A stretch of 52,403 bases of DNA from the NCBI GenBank assembly GCA_012798315.1, contig JAAZNL010000016.1, forward strand, positions 1-52,403, given 5' to 3'. This DNA is from a candidate division WWE3 bacterium (GTDB lineage Bacteria > Patescibacteriota > WWE3 > UBA101185 > UBA10185). The stretch's first letter is position 1. Every line of letters begins with the position of its first letter. Below, piece by piece: positions 29,334 through 41,577 of this stretch. The notes under the pieces are model-generated. The model did no database searches, was not told the origin of the DNA, and saw only the letters and a program-made list of their open reading frames with translations. A program made the position numbers and the translations under genes.

Positions 29334-29819
29334 ATGAGTGAAGAAACACAAAAAGAAAAACCACAAGATGGTCTGGCATTAATTATTGGTGGTTTGTTTA
29401 TATTGGCTTTGATTTTTGCGGCTTATAACTATTTTAAATCCGGCCGTGAAGCAGCGGTTACAGATACAGCAGATTCCACAGCAATAGAACTAAATGAAGA
29501 AAAAGGTGATTTAAATGGTGAAGGTGCAAAAGACGAAAAACTAGAAACAGTGGCTAAAAACAACGGGCAAACAGGGGAAAATTCTACAACCTCCGAAACA
29601 AACACCATCTGGACTGCAAATGATTACACTCAGGGAGATATTAAAGGCTCAACCTACACAGTAAAAAGTGGCGATACCCTTTGGGAAATTGCTGAAGGTC
29701 TTTACGGCAATGGTTCTCAATGGACAAAGATTCTGGAAATAAACAAAGCAAATGTTGGCTTTTTAGCCAATGGTCAGCAAGCGCTTATTGTGCCGGGACA
29801 GGTATTAGTTCTGCCTTAG
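29334..29819 (+). CDS. Membrane-anchored LysM peptidoglycan-binding protein
   Basis: TM helix then YTVKSGDTLWEIAEGLYG...IVPGQVL; AGGAGG SD. Confidence 0.92.
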   Translation: MSEETQKEKPQDGLALIIGGLFILALIFAAYNYFKSGREAAVTDTADSTAIELNEEKGDLNGEGAKDEKLETVAKNNGQTGENSTTSETNTIWTANDYTQGDIKGSTYTVKSGDTLWEIAEGLYGNGSQWTKILEINKANVGFLANGQQALIVPGQVLVLP

Positions 29820-29850
29820 AACGTAAAATTAAATCCGGATATGATTTTAA

Positions 29851-29890
29851 AAAAACAACCTGGTTTGGAACGGCCGGGTTGTTTTTATTT
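29851..29890 (+). terminator. Intrinsic terminator after LysM gene
   Basis: AAAAACAACCTGG...CCGGGTTGTTTTT. Confidence 0.75.
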
Positions 29891-29927
29891 AAAAGGTAAA
29901 ATGTAGTTCGTGTTAGAATACTTCTAC

Positions 29928-30002
29928 GCGGGTGTGGCCTAGTGGTATGGCGTTTCCTTCCCAAGGAAAAGGTCGCGAGTTCGAATCTCGTCACCCGCTC
30001 CA
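29928..30002 (+). tRNA. tRNA-Gly (CCC)
   Basis: GCGGGTG...CACCCGC-TCCA, anticodon loop TTCCCAA. Confidence 0.96.
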
Positions 30003-30092
30003 AATAACTGATTTCCTAATTGTCTAATAAAACTTGTTTCAAATTCTCTGTAGTGTAATATGAATATAGTACATATTTATAAGGATCTATTT

Positions 30093-30461
30093 ATGGCAAA
30101 ATATATAGATGGGTTTGTGTTAGTTGTTCCAAAAAATAAGACAGAAGAATATAAAAAAATGGCTGAAACCGGTAGAGATATCTGGATGAAACACGGCGCA
30201 CTCGAATACTATGAGTGCAGAGGCGCTAATCTTGAGCCACAAGAAATGGGCGATGAAAAGTCCCGCTCGTTCGTCGAGATGGCTGGTGCGACTGACGATG
30301 AAACAGTTTGGTTTTCTTTTATCGTGTTTAAATCAAAAGAACATCGGGATGAAGTAAATGCCAAAGTAATGTCTGAGATGAGTGCCTTTAGTGACATGCA
30401 GATGCCGTTTGATATGAAACACATGTCTTACGGTGGTTTTCAAGTGGAAGTTGAAGGTTAA
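30093..30461 (+). CDS. DUF1428 (YbaA-like) protein
   Basis: YIDGFVLVVP, GALEYYEC, MPFDMKHMSYGGF. Confidence 0.9.
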   Translation: MAKYIDGFVLVVPKNKTEEYKKMAETGRDIWMKHGALEYYECRGANLEPQEMGDEKSRSFVEMAGATDDETVWFSFIVFKSKEHRDEVNAKVMSEMSAFSDMQMPFDMKHMSYGGFQVEVEG

Positions 30462-30527
30462 TACACTTAAAGGATTAGGAATTCCGAGTCGGGCGGGTGC
30501 TTTACTAGATCAATCTTTGTTAAAAAA

Positions 30528-30561
30528 ATACCCCGTGCAAAAAATGTTTCACACGAGGTAT
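30528..30561 (-). terminator. Hairpin after the 30570-30986 gene
   Basis: ATACCCCGTG...CACGAGGTAT, with the adjacent A-run reading as a U-tract on the minus strand. Confidence 0.55.
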
Positions 30562-30569
30562 CAAAGAGG

Positions 30570-30986
30570 TTACTTCAAACTATGAACTGACAATCCCGCG
30601 CCTGACAACATCAACAAATCACTGTCGGTGATTTTGCCTTGCGCCCCAATGGGACCGTGTTTTTTGACATAGGCGGTAAGTTTCTCCATGCCTTCAAGAT
30701 GGTTCAGAAGTCCCGGGTAAATTTCTTCCGCCGTTCCGAGAATATCGAGTCCTCCGGTTCCGGAATTTCTGTTGAGCGCGTGCCAAGATATACCGCCATC
30801 GGGTGAAAACAGCAAGTAATTTCCAACATCGTAACACCAGCCACTCTTGTACAAGTAAGTATGCTGGTACTTGGCAAGCTGTTCCCGAAGTCTTTTTCCC
30901 TCTGCCAGTTGTTTTGCAATTACAACTATCACTACGGTAGCGAAAATTGCAAAAACGCCGAGATAAACACATACAGCCGTGAGCAT
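30570..30986 (-). CDS. Hypothetical membrane-anchored protein
   Basis: 138 aa, N-terminal TM, AAGGAG SD. Confidence 0.7.
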   Translation of the reverse strand: MLTAVCVYLGVFAIFATVVIVVIAKQLAEGKRLREQLAKYQHTYLYKSGWCYDVGNYLLFSPDGGISWHALNRNSGTGGLDILGTAEEIYPGLLNHLEGMEKLTAYVKKHGPIGAQGKITDSDLLMLSGAGLSVHSLK

Positions 30987-31027
30987 ATATCTCTCCTTGG
31001 TTCTTTAATTGTGGGGTATTTGCTGCT

Positions 31028-31064
31028 ATTGTAGTATATCACCCGCACGGAGTCAAACTATAGG
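31028..31064 (-). promoter_or_regulatory. Sigma70-type promoter preceded by CCTATAGT motif
   Basis: Minus strand CCTATAGT-TTGACT-17 nt-TACAAT. Confidence 0.65.
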
Positions 31065-31135
31065 TCTATAACAAAGTGGTTTGGAACCGGTAATTCAATA
31101 AACTAGCAAAGTTATTCCAATGCTATAATATTCTG

Positions 31136-31552
31136 ATGCATAAAATAAAAGCCTGTGTAATAACGTGTATAGACTTTAGATTTCAAAAAAACATTAAAGA
31201 TTATTTAGTACAAAATAACCATTTAGGGGATGCGGATATTATAAGCGTTGCCGGCGCCTCTCATGATATTGCGACACCACAAACGGCTGAACATCAATAT
31301 TATTTAATGAACCAAATTGGAATTTCAGTTTCTTTGCATAATCCGGATAAAATAATAATTGTGGACCACCAGGATTGTGGTATGTACGCTGCTACTGGAA
31401 AAATTGAAAAAGGCTTGGATCTGGCCGAAGATACACAAAGACACGCAGACTACTTGTTAAAGGCTAAAGAGCTAATTCAACAAAAATACAATAATATAGA
31501 AGTTGTTTTGTTAATGGCAGGACTGGATGGAAGTTTTACTGAAATAAGTTAA
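31136..31552 (+). CDS. Beta-carbonic anhydrase-like protein
   Basis: CIDFR and HQDCG Zn-ligand motifs. Confidence 0.85.
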   Translation: MHKIKACVITCIDFRFQKNIKDYLVQNNHLGDADIISVAGASHDIATPQTAEHQYYLMNQIGISVSLHNPDKIIIVDHQDCGMYAATGKIEKGLDLAEDTQRHADYLLKAKELIQQKYNNIEVVLLMAGLDGSFTEIS

Positions 31553-31965
31553 TGTGTCTTTTTCCCTTTGTATTTAGATATAAGTTTAAGTCTCGCAATA
31601 TCGTTAGCTAATTTGGCTTGTATATCTGCCATATCAACATTTTCAACTTTTTCCTGCGCCTGAAGCTGTGCGCGCCGTATAGCCTCTTCTGTAGCAGCTT
31701 CATCTATCTCGTGAGCTTTCTCTGCGACATTGGCCAAAATGTTTATAAAGTTATCTACTACCTGAATTACACCCCCCGATACAAACACCGCCTCAGTTTG
31801 CTTATCTGCAAGTTGCACTTGCATTTCACCTCTACTTAAACTGGACATTAACGGGACATGCTGTGGCAATACCGTTATTTCGCCTTGCATTGTAGGGACA
31901 ACGAGTTTTAGGATTTCGGTATTTTCGTAAAGCTTTCGTTCGGGCGTAGCTAAAGTTAATTGCAT
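31549..31965 (-). CDS. atpC: ATP synthase F1 epsilon
   Basis: TPER, GEITVLPQHVP, VSGG. Confidence 0.93.
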   Translation of the reverse strand: MQLTLATPERKLYENTEILKLVVPTMQGEITVLPQHVPLMSSLSRGEMQVQLADKQTEAVFVSGGVIQVVDNFINILANVAEKAHEIDEAATEEAIRRAQLQAQEKVENVDMADIQAKLANDIARLKLISKYKGKKTH

Positions 31966-31966
31966 T

Positions 31967-34198
<2,232 letters not shown>

Positions 34199-34206
<8 letters not shown>

Positions 34207-35494
34207 ACATCTTTTCGATTACTTCTAATTGTTCTTTTTCTGTCATTACCGAATACTGAGGCTGTTTCAGCAATTCCATAATAACTTTACCCCTATTTAT
34301 TTTTTCTTTTGTGGCTTCGTCTAAATCTTCGCCGCCGAACTGTGTGAATGCTTCCAACTCCTTAAATTGAGTAAGGGTTAAACGTAACTTACCGGACGCT
34401 TTTTTTAGTTCTTTAGTTTGCGCGGCTCCTCCAACACGTGATACTGAGTTTGCGGGATCTACCGAAGGTCTAAATCCTAAATTGAACATATCTTTATCTA
34501 AATATAACTGTCCGTCAGTAATAGAAATTACGTTAGTAGGAATATATGCCGAGACGTCACCAAACTGTGTTTCGATAATAGGAAATGCCGTAATTGAACC
34601 TCCACCGTTTTTTTCGTTCAGCTTACAAGATCGTTCTAGTAAACGACTGTGTAAGTAAAAAATATCACCCGGATAAGCTTCACGTCCGGGAGGTCTTCGT
34701 AGTATCAATGATATATGTCTGTAAGCATAAGCATGTTTTGTTAAATCGTCATAGACAACTAAAACATCTTTACCCTGTTGTAAAAAATATTCAGCTATTG
34801 CCGCCGCGCTGTAAGGTGCTATATATTGAAGGGATGCCGGAGCGGAAGCGGAGGCATCCACAATAATTGTATAACTCATACAGCCGTTTTCTTTTAAAAC
34901 TTCAATGATATTTTTAACCGTGGAATCTTTTTGACCAATTGCGCAATATATACAAATCACTGGTTTTTCCTCATTTTTTTGGTTGATAATTGCGCTAACT
35001 GCTACCGATGTTTTCCCGGTGCCTCTGTCCCCGATTATTAATTGACGTTGACCACGACCGATAGGCACCATGGCATCAACAGCCAATAATCCAGTTTTCA
35101 GAGGGGTATCAACAGGCTTTCTATCAAAAACACCGTAAGCTTTTCTCTCAACCGGCATGGTTTTAACATTATCTGTTGATAGAGCGCGCCCGTCTAATGG
35201 TTCACCTAAAGGGTTTACAACCCGGCCTATTATTTCATCGTTTACAGGCATGGAAAGAATTTCGCCGGTAGAAACAAATTCATCGTTTTCTAATATTTTA
35301 CTTTCTTCTCCTAAAGCAACAGCTCCTACCGAATCCTCTAGCAAATTCAGTACAAGTGCGTAAGATTCTCTTTCTTTGCAGTAAATCTTTTCCATAACCT
35401 GAACGTCAGATAAGCCTGTTAGTTCCAAAACACCATCTTTAACACTTGTTACTCTTCCAAAATTATTTAGCTTTGTGTGATTTTTTATTTCCAT
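34199..35494 (-). CDS. atpA: ATP synthase F1 alpha (shortened at both termini)
   Basis: GDRGTGKT, RRPPGREAYPGD, SVSRVGG; only 431 aa. Confidence 0.95.
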
Positions 35495-35799
35495 ATTTCG
35501 TTCTTAAATGAATTCAAAACTGACGAATCATATATATAATCTCTATATACAATTTTAAATCCCGCAATTAAGGTTTTGTCTTGAACATACTCAACAGTGT
35601 AATCCCCGTGGACTTTATCGGATATCCAACCGTTTATAATTTCCTTTGATTTGTCATCCAAAACGCCACTATAATATACTTTCACAGTAGTCAGATTTAT
35701 TAGCGTCTGTAACTCTCTTACGATATCTTTAATCTGCTTTAGAGAGTGGGTGCTAAATAATTGTGAGGCGATTTCCTTTGCGGGCTCATCTTTGGGCAT
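35485..35799 (-). CDS. atpH: ATP synthase delta (short)
   Basis: Operon position; DKTLIAGFKI...YDSSV C-terminal motif. Confidence 0.8.
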   Translation of the reverse strand: MPKDEPAKEIASQLFSTHSLKQIKDIVRELQTLINLTTVKVYYSGVLDDKSKEIINGWISDKVHGDYTVEYVQDKTLIAGFKIVYRDYIYDSSVLNSFKNEIWK

Positions 35800-36283
35800 C
35801 GTTTAACCTCTCTACCGCGAGCTTCATTAATTTATTTTTCTGCTCTTCTGTTAACGACGATGCAATAACGGTTTCAGAAATTTTAACCGCATAATCGTAT
35901 ATGTCTTTTTTAGCTTCTGACATAAAGGCATCTCTACTTTGCCTGGCTTCCGTTGTGTATTCGTTCAATATTCTTTTACCTTCCTCTCGGGCGTTTTCTT
36001 TTGCTTGTTCAACCATTTGCGATGCTTCTTTTTTAGCTTTCTCCAAAGTTTCGTTATACAATTTTTTCAGCTCCGCTTTTTGTTCGGCGTCCGCAGATTC
36101 AAAAAAAGATTTCTGATTTTGTATGTCCTGCGAAAGTTTTTGGTAATCTGCATCTTGTTTTTTTTGTTTTGCAACAAATTCTACAACTGGCTTATACAAA
36201 AACTTCTTGAGTATAACCAACAAAATAGTGAAGTTAATCAACTGAAAAATGATTTGTTGTAAATTAATTCCTAAACTTTCCAT
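35786..36283 (-). CDS. atpF: ATP synthase F0 b
   Basis: QLINFTILLVILKKFLYKPV plus coiled coil. Confidence 0.93.
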   Translation of the reverse strand: MESLGINLQQIIFQLINFTILLVILKKFLYKPVVEFVAKQKKQDADYQKLSQDIQNQKSFFESADAEQKAELKKLYNETLEKAKKEASQMVEQAKENAREEGKRILNEYTTEARQSRDAFMSEAKKDIYDYAVKISETVIASSLTEEQKNKLMKLAVERLNDAQR

Positions 36284-36300
36284 ATAATGATTGTTTCTTA

Positions 36301-36516
36301 CTACTTAACAAATAAAATTACTAAGGCTACAACTAAAGAGTAAATTGCCAAAGCTTCCGCAAATGCGATTGCGAAAACCATGTTGGTTCTAATTTTTTCA
36401 GCGGCATCCGGATTTCTTCCGATAGCCTCCATGGCAGATTTCGCCAACGCCCCTATTGCTGTACCGGCGCCTATTGCTCCTAACCCAATTGCTATTGCAG
36501 CTGCGAGTGGTTCCAT
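36301..36516 (-). CDS. atpE: ATP synthase F0 c
   Basis: GRNPDA loop, AFAEALAIY. Confidence 0.96.
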   Translation of the reverse strand: MEPLAAAIAIGLGAIGAGTAIGALAKSAMEAIGRNPDAAEKIRTNMVFAIAFAEALAIYSLVVALVILFVK

Positions 36517-36549
36517 AAATTTCCTTTCTGGCTATTATAATAGCCTAAA

Positions 36550-37287
36550 CTAATGATGATCTACCGCAAGTGATATAAACACCAGAGATAGCATAGCAAA
36601 AACTAAGGCTTGGATAAACCCTACAAATAATTCCAAAATTAAAAAAGGCGTGGTTGCCGCCAATGGAATTAAAAAACCAATTACCAAAAGCAAAACCTCT
36701 CCTGCAAACACATTGCCGAACAATCTGAAAGAAAATGATAGTATTTTTGATACTTCGGAGATTAACTCCAAAATACCAACAAAAAAATTTACTGGGTTGC
36801 TAAAGTCAAAGAATTTGGAAAGCTGCACCTTAGGCCCAAGATACTTAAAACCGTAGTATTGAGCGGCAAATACGGAAAATAAGGCTAAAGCCAAAGTTGT
36901 ATTCAAATCTGCGGTAGGAGCTCTTAATAAATGTACAGATTCGCTATGTCCCCCTTCACCTGCAGTATTCCAAAAAACACCTCCGAGACCAGGGATTAAA
37001 CCAAACCAATTAGAAAAAATAATATACAAAAAGAAAGTAGCAAAAAGCGGAAAAAATATTTGCGCTTTTTTTTCACCCACTATAGATTCGCTAAAATTAT
37101 ATAATGCGGCGACTGTACCTCTAATGAACGCGTACGCGGTGCTACCCCTAAATTGGAACAAAACAACAACAATTATAAAGAACATGGTTACCGCCACTGT
37201 TGCCAGCATCGAATTAGTAACGCTATATCCAAAGAGATGAAAAACCTCTTCTGCCTTAAGTGAAATATGAAGTCCTTCCATTTTCAT
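36550..37287 (-). CDS. atpB: ATP synthase F0 a
   Basis: PTADLN, SFRLFGNVFAGE, IQALVF. Confidence 0.96.
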   Translation of the reverse strand: MKMEGLHISLKAEEVFHLFGYSVTNSMLATVAVTMFFIIVVVLFQFRGSTAYAFIRGTVAALYNFSESIVGEKKAQIFFPLFATFFLYIIFSNWFGLIPGLGGVFWNTAGEGGHSESVHLLRAPTADLNTTLALALFSVFAAQYYGFKYLGPKVQLSKFFDFSNPVNFFVGILELISEVSKILSFSFRLFGNVFAGEVLLLVIGFLIPLAATTPFLILELFVGFIQALVFAMLSLVFISLAVDHH

Positions 37288-37380
37288 TTATATTGTACAA
37301 GGCATATCAACTTACGCAAAGCCCTATCCAGCTTCTTGTGCGAATTATTCATTGCTAATATAATCACAAAGAACAGATTT

Positions 37381-37455
37381 GCCAGAGTGGCTCAATGGTA
37401 GAGCAGGCGCATCGTAAGCGTCAGGTTGAGAGTTCGATTCTCTCCTCTGGCTCCA
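37381..37455 (+). tRNA. tRNA-Thr (CGT)
   Basis: GCCAGAG...CTCTGGC-TCCA, anticodon loop ATCGTAA. Confidence 0.93.
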
Positions 37456-37515
37456 TAATTTCTTGTCAAAAGTGGTAAAATTAACCCAATATAGTTCCCA
37501 GAAAGGGTATCTAAA

Positions 37516-38406
37516 ATGAAAAATCATAAGCAAGTTACTAAGGCAGTTATTGCGTTAGCAGGTTATGGAACCCGATTTTTGCCCGCAACTAAGAATCAAC
37601 CAAAGCAAATGCTTCCCATTATAGATAAACCAATTGTCCACTATGTTGTAGAAGAAGCCGTAAAAGCAGGAATTCAAGATGTTATATTAGTAACTCAAGC
37701 AGGTCAGCACTCCATGGAAGATTACTTTGACAGCCATTTTGAAATGGAAAAAGTTTTAGAGGATAACGGTAAGACGGAATACTTAATAATGATTAAAGGT
37801 ATCCCGGAAATGGCCAATTTTATATTCGTGCGCCAACACAAAAACCTTCCATACGGTAACGGTACTCCCCTTTTAACTGTACAGAATCTTATTGATGACG
37901 ACGAGGCCTTTGTATATATGTTTGGAGATGATTTAACCAGATCAGAAGTTCCTGTTACAAAACAACTAATAGATATTTACGAAAAATATGACCCTAAAGC
38001 AGTATTAGCCGTTCAAGAAGTTCCGGACAATGAAGTAGAAAAATACGGCACAGTTAAATATAAAGAAAATCCGTCTATTCCAAATGAAATGGAATATATA
38101 TTAGAGAAAATGCCTTTAGGACAAAATCCATCTAATATGGCGCAATTTGGTAGATTTGTGTTTACATACGACGTAATTGAAGAAGCAAATAAAACCCCGA
38201 CAGGTAAAGGTAACGAATTGTGGGTTGCCGATATTTTGTGCAATATGGCCAAGGAAGGAAAAAAAGTAATTGCGCAACCAATTGACGGCGAATGGCTTAC
38301 TACCGGAGATCCGCTGCACTTTTTGCAAACAACATTAAAATTTGCTCTTGACCGTGATGATTTGCGGGACGATATTAAGGCGTACATGAAAGAATTACTT
38401 AAATAA
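37516..38406 (+). CDS. galU: UTP--glucose-1-phosphate uridylyltransferase
   Basis: AGYGTRFLPATK..PKQMLP. Confidence 0.9.
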   Translation: MKNHKQVTKAVIALAGYGTRFLPATKNQPKQMLPIIDKPIVHYVVEEAVKAGIQDVILVTQAGQHSMEDYFDSHFEMEKVLEDNGKTEYLIMIKGIPEMANFIFVRQHKNLPYGNGTPLLTVQNLIDDDEAFVYMFGDDLTRSEVPVTKQLIDIYEKYDPKAVLAVQEVPDNEVEKYGTVKYKENPSIPNEMEYILEKMPLGQNPSNMAQFGRFVFTYDVIEEANKTPTGKGNELWVADILCNMAKEGKKVIAQPIDGEWLTTGDPLHFLQTTLKFALDRDDLRDDIKAYMKELLK

Positions 38407-38420
38407 TGTAGAATTGAAGC

Positions 38421-39152
38421 GTGCCAAGGTATCCTACGAATAAAACAAAAATTACTAACGAAGAACTTAACAAAAAGTTGTTCAAAACTCTTTTGGCCAT
38501 TGTAGGTATTGTTTTGCTTCTGGTTTTGAGCGCGGTTTTTTTTGCGCCTCAAGTAGGTTCTTTTTTCGGACTTTTTTCCGTTAATAGAAATCAGCCTGAC
38601 GATATTGCCGTGATTAAACCAGACCAACCTGTTTTTTCGAATATCCCAAAAGCGTCTAAATCCAATTCAATAACAATAAATGGTTATACTCAACCCGGAT
38701 ATTCAGTAAAACTTTTTGTTAATGGCCCTGAAGTAGCGAGAGTAATTGCCGGATCCGACGGTATATTTACATTTAACGATATTAAACTCATAGATGGCCA
38801 AAATACAATTTTTGCAAAAGCAATAGATGATAGTAATGTAGAAAGTGATTCAACAAATATATTTAATATTTATGTTGATAAAGACAAACCCAAAATCGAA
38901 CTGACATCACCAAAGGACGGCGATAAAATAAAAAACCTTGATAAACGTATTACAATAATCGGCAGTGTCAATGAAAAATCACAGGTTAAAATTAACGATA
39001 AAATAGCAATAGTAAAGCCGGATCTGTCTTTTGAATTTCTTTTAGGCGTTCAAAATGAAGGTAATGTAAAGATTACTGTTTTGGCAATCGATGAGGCAGG
39101 AAACGAAAACAAGAAAGAAATAACGGTCAACTACGAAAAAGAGAGCTTTTAG
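38421..39152 (+). CDS. Membrane-anchored Ig-like domain protein
   Basis: TM helix plus two beta-rich repeats (GQNTIFAKAID, AIDEAGN). Confidence 0.8.
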   Translation: MPRYPTNKTKITNEELNKKLFKTLLAIVGIVLLLVLSAVFFAPQVGSFFGLFSVNRNQPDDIAVIKPDQPVFSNIPKASKSNSITINGYTQPGYSVKLFVNGPEVARVIAGSDGIFTFNDIKLIDGQNTIFAKAIDDSNVESDSTNIFNIYVDKDKPKIELTSPKDGDKIKNLDKRITIIGSVNEKSQVKINDKIAIVKPDLSFEFLLGVQNEGNVKITVLAIDEAGNENKKEITVNYEKESF

Positions 39153-40308
39153 CAAACAAAATCATAAGTAAAAAAAGTATTTGCGGATAAAAAATTGAAT
39201 TTATAAACTGCGATTCCAGCAACATGCCCATTAGCACACTGATAAGTGCCAAATCGCCAGAAGATCCCAGTTTAAGTTGATCCAACAGAGGCAAAAACCA
39301 CCACAGAAGAAAGAATGTGATTCCAAAAATTCCGGTGGTTACAAACACGAATAAAAAGCTGGAGTCTGATCCCGCTGAGGAATGGTCAAAGAAAGTATCG
39401 CCATTTAACATGCCTGCGTCGCGTTGGGCATATTTGTAAGCATTATAACCAACACCTAAAAACCAGTTTTTTCTTACTAGTGTCAAAGCGTTTCCCCATG
39501 ATTCCAACCTAAAACGTGCTGAGTCCGCCGGATCTGTAACACCGGATAAACGCGTTTGAACCCGAGGAATAGCAAAATAAGCCAAAAACACTATTAATAG
39601 CGCCATAAGTAACATTAGACGATTTTTGTAAAAGCCGTACAAAAAAATAATGATCGCCAGCATCCCCCACGCGCTTCTTGAAAAAGTAAAAAATACACAT
39701 ATGACAAGGAAGAAAAACAAAGAGTAATAAATTAACGGCCTTTTGGTATCTCTTAAATCGTATATTAGTATTGCAATAATTATGTTAAAAAATGCACCCG
39801 CAAAATTCGGATCAAAAAATGTGGAGGCGAGCCTGTTTTTATGAGGATCCCATCCAAGTTCTGGGTTTAGTACGGTAAAATCCGGAAGTAAAATTAACTG
39901 TACAATACCTCCTATTCCTACAATAATTGCGGCTATATACAAACTGTTTTTTAAGCCGGATGTAGTAATAGTTTTATCCTGCAACATATTATAAATAACA
40001 AGGCCGGATCCTGCGTAACATATAAACCTTAATAAATAGGAAAGTGCAACCAAAAATTCCTCAGGTGTTAAATTTATTCTGTTAAAAGTTAAAGAAGTGA
40101 AAGCTACGATTACAAATGGAAATAAGGCATAAAAATACTTAGTAATAAATAATTTTTTACGCAATAAATACAAAGTTAAACCAACAACTGAAAATAAAGC
40201 TACCGCAATATCAAAAAAATATAAATTAACACCGTCACTTTTACCTATACTTAACAATTGGCCCAAGCACAATGAAAAAAGCGCTAAGTAGTATAAAAAT
40301 TTAAGCAT
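39127..40308 (-). CDS. O-antigen ligase/polymerase family protein
   Basis: Multi-TM; RLASTFFDPNF, TFSRSAW, FLGVG. Confidence 0.88.
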   Translation of the reverse strand: MLKFLYYLALFSLCLGQLLSIGKSDGVNLYFFDIAVALFSVVGLTLYLLRKKLFITKYFYALFPFVIVAFTSLTFNRINLTPEEFLVALSYLLRFICYAGSGLVIYNMLQDKTITTSGLKNSLYIAAIIVGIGGIVQLILLPDFTVLNPELGWDPHKNRLASTFFDPNFAGAFFNIIIAILIYDLRDTKRPLIYYSLFFFLVICVFFTFSRSAWGMLAIIIFLYGFYKNRLMLLMALLIVFLAYFAIPRVQTRLSGVTDPADSARFRLESWGNALTLVRKNWFLGVGYNAYKYAQRDAGMLNGDTFFDHSSAGSDSSFLFVFVTTGIFGITFFLLWWFLPLLDQLKLGSSGDLALISVLMGMLLESQFINSIFYPQILFLLMILFAKSSLFRS

Positions 40309-41575
40309 ATTTTTCACGCCATGTTTTACGGGCATTATAAAAAAGCAGTATTAAAATTATAAACTCCGAAAGATGTGTGATTACAGAAGAAGCATAAAAC
40401 CCGTATTTAGGTATAAAAAGAAAATTCAAAAAAACATTAAACAATGCGCTAACTAGGTATATTTTAGGTAAAACCTTTTGATTTCCCAAAGTAACCAATA
40501 ACCAAGACAAAGGTTGAGTTAAAAAATATATTAAAAGACCAGCCATAAGTATTCTCAGGACATTAGCCGATAAATTAAAAGCCGAACCCCCTAATATATT
40601 TATAATGTACGGAGCCAAAGTAATGCCTGCCAAACTACCAAATATTGAAACTAATATTAAAAAAAATAAAGCTCTTTTAAATACGTAAGCTAAATCTTTT
40701 GGACCTTGCTTATATTTAGAAATAAAAACCGGATACATGGAATTCATAAAAAAAGTTGGTACTACCAAAGCCACTTCGAAAATTTTGTACGGTAACGAAT
40801 AAATTGCAACCGCGTCGTTATTATTTAAATGTAAAAAAGAAGGAATTGGTAAAACCGATAACAGTATAGAATCTGATTTAAAACTGATTTGACTGAATAA
40901 AAACATAAGTCCCAAAGGTAAGGCTTTTATAATCAAGTCTTTCGCAATTTTAATATCAAAAATATATTTTATGTCGGGATAAGTATGCCTAATAAAAAAA
41001 GCCATAAATACAAACGTTAATAACCCGCCTATAACATAGCTTAAACTCACCGCAATAACGCCAAGGTTGAACCTGACACACATGTATGTCAAAAATAAAA
41101 TGGCAATGTATCCGGTCAAATACGCGTAAGTGGACAGATCATATCTTAGTTTGGATTGAAAAATAATGTTACCCGTAGCGTATAAACCCTGCGTCAGAAT
41201 TAAAAATAAACTTAACGCGATACCTGTTTTTAAGTAGCCGGAATAAGGAAAAAGTACCAACAATAAAGTCAAAAGTACAATTAAAACTACTGAAAATGCT
41301 AAACGCATCCGCAGTATAGTCATAAAATATTTTCCGGCATCGCTCCAGTTTTGGCTAATTTCTTTTACAGCGACAGCATTAAAACCGAAATCAACTATTA
41401 TAAAAAACAACGCGGGCCAGTTTTGCATAAGGCTAAATTCACCATATGCCGATCTTCCAAAATAACGGGCAACAACAACGGTAACTAACACTGTAATACC
41501 CATGCTTACAACTTTTCCTACAAGTTGAAATATAGTGTTGTATGCAATTTTCTTCGTCGTAAACACAGAATCCAT
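40301..41575 (-). CDS. Wzx-like oligosaccharide flippase
   Basis: Multi-TM; ARYFG...YGEF, DFGFN, LNFLFIPKYG. Confidence 0.9.
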   Translation of the reverse strand: MDSVFTTKKIAYNTIFQLVGKVVSMGITVLVTVVVARYFGRSAYGEFSLMQNWPALFFIIVDFGFNAVAVKEISQNWSDAGKYFMTILRMRLAFSVVLIVLLTLLLVLFPYSGYLKTGIALSLFLILTQGLYATGNIIFQSKLRYDLSTYAYLTGYIAILFLTYMCVRFNLGVIAVSLSYVIGGLLTFVFMAFFIRHTYPDIKYIFDIKIAKDLIIKALPLGLMFLFSQISFKSDSILLSVLPIPSFLHLNNNDAVAIYSLPYKIFEVALVVPTFFMNSMYPVFISKYKQGPKDLAYVFKRALFFLILVSIFGSLAGITLAPYIINILGGSAFNLSANVLRILMAGLLIYFLTQPLSWLLVTLGNQKVLPKIYLVSALFNVFLNFLFIPKYGFYASSVITHLSEFIILILLFYNARKTWREKYA

Positions 41576-41577
41576 AA

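Noticed and set aside
29785-30003. 72-aa minus-strand ORF (likewise 37345-37533)
   Set aside because: Antisense translations of tRNA genes.
29861-31087. 11-bp direct repeat TGGTTTGGAAC flanking tRNA-Gly to the orphan
   Set aside because: Does not include the tRNA 3' end as an att site would; one copy is part of a terminator; plausibly chance.
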